DNA from: Enterococcus phage Planchet
DNA length: 24,000 nt
Sequence record: OX422066.1
Strand: one strand, 5' to 3'
Shown here piece by piece: positions 21,300 through 24,000 of the stretch; the first letter of the stretch is position 1, and the number at the start of each line of letters is the position of its first letter. The translations under genes were made by a program, and so were the position numbers. The notes below the pieces were generated by a model. The model was not told the DNA's origin and did not search any database. It worked only from the letters and a program-made list of their open reading frames with translations.

Positions 21300-24000
21300 T
21301 TAATAATCTTCTCCTACTTTTTTCTTTTCCTGTTGAACGAATACTTTCTTACCATCGTGACCTTTGATCAACATTACTGAATGTTGATATGAACTATTTC
21401 GTGCATTAGCATAAAAATCATTTTCACGACGATAACCGACGACGACAATCATATTTCCGCGTTTCCACCAAGTATCATCAATGTTTATTCGTTCTTTACC
21501 TTCGCCAACCATTATTTTCTTATTATAATGTTGATATTTTCCTTTTCCTACACGAACATCGACGACTCCAGTTTGTGTAATAATTGTGACGATACCTTTC
21601 TTAGGTAAAGTATCAATGACAGTTCCTGCAATGACCTCCGTTTTTAATTGAGGCCATTTTCTTCCTCTCCCATTTGACCAACCAATAATTTCAGGTTCTC
21701 TTGGCATATCTTTAAATGACGCAATGTTAAAGTATGAATCAAGTGGATATTCGTTAAGCTCGTGATTTGAAATGTAGAACGTAATTGATTCCATTTCCCA
21801 ATGAGAAATCGTTCCTTGACAATACTTATTCCAAAATGCTGTTCGTCTTAATGCAGCTTCAGCACGTAAAGCTTCTTCAGTCTTAAGCCATTCTTTAATC
21901 GGTTCCATCTTATCTTTTACTACTTTTTCAAGTACTTTTACTTCAATTACTAATTCACCATTATCATCATAATAATATGAATTTGGATATTTTTTCGTTA
22001 CTTTTTCTTTACATAATTTTTCATAATTATCAAAGAAATAATCCGAATATTGTGTATGATTTTTCTTACCTTTTACTTCCTTAAGAAACATGTAAGCAGT
22101 GACGCCATCTTTATAAGTTTCAGGCACACGATCAATTATTTTTGGAATAACTGCGGTCGTCAATTTTTCTTTAAGAGGTTCAACGTATTCAACAAACTTG
22201 ATCATTAATTCTCTACGATTTGCGTAAAGTTCATCAAAAATTCCACTCTTAATTAAGTTAACCATTTTACCTTTTGTCAAATCACCATTTTCAAGATTCT
22301 TTTCAATGAAATCTTTAATGTTCGAATAAGGCCGGTTTTCAATAATTTGTCTTGCAAGTCGTCCATTCATACCAACAATTGGTTTTAAACCATACATAAT
22401 TTTACCTGTTTTTGAATCAGGTGTAAATCCAATATCACTTTTATTGACTGACGGAGGAACAACATCTTCACGAAAACCTGATAAAGCTTTAGCAATTTTA
22501 CCATATCTTGTTCCACCTTCTGCTTCACCATCTAAAATACCTGCATCAACATTTAAGCAAGCTGCCTTCCAATAATGAACTCCATAACGATAAGCAATGT
22601 TCATTTCAATCATCAAGATCATTGTATAAGCTGCAACGTGAGGTGCACTAAAAGAATAACCAAAAGTTGGAACATAACATTCATTCCAAATATAATTTAG
22701 CAAGTTTGTTGACGTGCCATTTGCCATACCTTTTTCAAAGAATAGTTTCTTTTGTTTTTCTTGAATTTCAGGTTTCTTCTTAGCTGACGCCTTACGTAAA
22801 CCTTTTGCTTCTCTTAAATTATATTTAGCAACTTTTTCATGCATTGCAATTTGCATAATTGCTTCCTGTGTTTCACAAACGCCATATCTTGCGTCAAGTA
22901 ATTCATGCATTACTTTCTTTTCATCTTCAGTCAAGCCATATTCATCCATATCTTTATCCCAATTACTTAAATCATTTTTATAACGAATGAATTTATCAAT
23001 TGGCTGTTCACCTTCACATGATAAGCGCATTAATGAATTTGCTGCGACTAATTGATTAAAGTTTCGTGCATTAATTTTTTCTAATGCTTGACGACCCGTT
23101 TTTGCTTCAAACTGAAATGCTGAAATGATTTCACCATCGAATAACATGTCATACATTTTATCTGCGTCCATTTCAAGTACGTCAGGGTGAAAATATTTAT
23201 TAAATGTATCTCTTAATGATCCTTGCCATTCAATTTTTCCATCTTTCAATAACATATCCATCGCACTCTTAATTCGATCAAGTGCATTAATTGATAAGAA
23301 ATCATACTTAATACCGCCTGCAGCTTCAGTAGTACCTGCATCCCATTGTGTAATAGGTAAACCATTACTTGTTTTCATCATTGTGTTCATTGACGTATAT
23401 CCATTTGGAAAGACAACGACTCCACTTGCGTGTTGTCCTCGACCTGATACTAGTCCTTGCGATTGAAGCATCAATTCTTGTAGACCTTCATAATTATTTA
23501 CTTCATTAATAAATGCTTTATCAGGTTTACGATTTTCTTCTTCATTACCAAAGAATACATCGTGTAATGGCCATGGATTACCTTTATCCGATGGAATCAT
23601 ATTTGTAATGTTTTGTGCTGTGTCAGGATCAAGTCCTAATGCGCGACAAGCAGTAAGCGAAGCAGCTCGTGCTCCTTCAGTCGTGTACGTTCCAATGTTT
23701 AATACATTTTCATGTCCAAATCTTTCTTTAACACCTTCAATGATTGAAGCTCGTTGTGATCCTTGTGCATCGACGTCAATATCAGGAAACTCTCCAACAT
23801 ATTCACGTGATAAGAATCGCCAATATGGTAAATCATATTTAATTGGGTTTAATTGAACGATATCCAATAAGTAATTCGTGTAATAACATACAGCTGATCC
23901 ACGACCTACTCCAACAAGCGAATGCTCCCACATAATGTCAACGAACTCTGTCATGGCTAAGAAATATGACGTCATTGGTTGTCCAAGCTGTTCACTGATT
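21300..24000 (-). CDS. dnaE: DNA polymerase III alpha subunit, DnaE type; N-terminal part outside window
   Basis: VGVGRGSAVCYYTNYLLDI, LSREYVGEFPDIDVD, FGHENVLNIGTYTTEGARAASLTACRALGL, FGYSFSAPHVAAYTM; C-terminal OB-like region. The frame stays open upstream of M 23975 (ISEQLGQP-MTSYF). Confidence 0.93.
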   Translation of the reverse strand, partial: ISEQLGQPMTSYFLAMTEFVDIMWEHSLVGVGRGSAVCYYTNYLLDIVQLNPIKYDLPYWRFLSREYVGEFPDIDVDAQGSQRASIIEGVKERFGHENVLNIGTYTTEGARAASLTACRALGLDPDTAQNITNMIPSDKGNPWPLHDVFFGNEEENRKPDKAFINEVNNYEGLQELMLQSQGLVSGRGQHASGVVVFPNGYTSMNTMMKTSNGLPITQWDAGTTEAAGGIKYDFLSINALDRIKSAMDMLLKDGKIEWQGSLRDTFNKYFHPDVLEMDADKMYDMLFDGEIISAFQFEAKTGRQALEKINARNFNQLVAANSLMRLSCEGEQPIDKFIRYKNDLSNWDKDMDEYGLTEDEKKVMHELLDARYGVCETQEAIMQIAMHEKVAKYNLREAKGLRKASAKKKPEIQEKQKKLFFEKGMANGTSTNLLNYIWNECYVPTFGYSFSAPHVAAYTMILMIEMNIAYRYGVHYWKAACLNVDAGILDGEAEGGTRYGKIAKALSGFREDVVPPSVNKSDIGFTPDSKTGKIMYGLKPIVGMNGRLARQIIENRPYSNIKDFIEKNLENGDLTKGKMVNLIKSGIFDELYANRRELMIKFVEYVEPLKEKLTTAVIPKIIDRVPETYKDGVTAYMFLKEVKGKKNHTQYSDYFFDNYEKLCKEKVTKKYPNSYYYDDNGELVIEVKVLEKVVKDKMEPIKEWLKTEEALRAEAALRRTAFWNKYCQGTISHWEMESITFYISNHELNEYPLDSYFNIASFKDMPREPEIIGWSNGRGRKWPQLKTEVIAGTVIDTLPKKGIVTIITQTGVVDVRVGKGKYQHYNKKIMVGEGKERINIDDTWWKRGNMIVVVGYRRENDFYANARNSSYQHSVMLIKGHDGKKVFVQQEKKKVGEDY

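Noticed and set aside
23608-23856. Plus-strand 82-aa ORF
   Set aside because: Antisense to DnaE catalytic sequence.
1-24000. CRISPR array, DGR or intein
   Set aside because: No regularly spaced long direct repeats, no RT plus template/variable repeat pair, and no HINT blocks seen in the polymerase or topoisomerase ORFs.

Overview
The window looks like part of a low-GC Gram-positive (Firmicutes) tailed phage or large prophage-like element. Three parts are visible. (1) Rightward tail and lysis genes, ~1-7.5 kb: a GDPD-like tail protein fragment, a BppU-type baseplate/receptor-binding protein, a small XkdX-like ORF, small membrane proteins, a holin and a secreted amidase-SH3 endolysin, then a tyrosine recombinase. 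(2) A convergent terminator at ~7.52 kb. (3) A mostly leftward replication/early region: Rho_N-like protein, membrane proteins, topoisomerase A and B subunits, a sigma-like factor, RusA, guanylate-kinase-like protein, dUTPase, a DUF2829/Tad2-like protein and a DnaE-type DNA polymerase III alpha that is open at the right edge. The most notable signals are outside the ORF track. Nine leftward promoter-like sites share exact TTTACA...TATAAT hexamers (eight with a spacer of exactly 17, one of 16), and two of them are embedded in hairpins. An independent structured noncoding RNA unit on the minus strand (~20425-20589) has its own promoter and terminator. A ~325-nt leader or ncRNA lies upstream of the sigma-like gene. 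There is a 17-bp perfect inverted repeat between holin and endolysin, and helically phased direct repeats upstream of the only rightward gene in the early region. Two small ORFs missing from the supplied track were recovered (3949-4083 + and 10332-10508 -). All assignments were made by reading the sequence; no database search was run.
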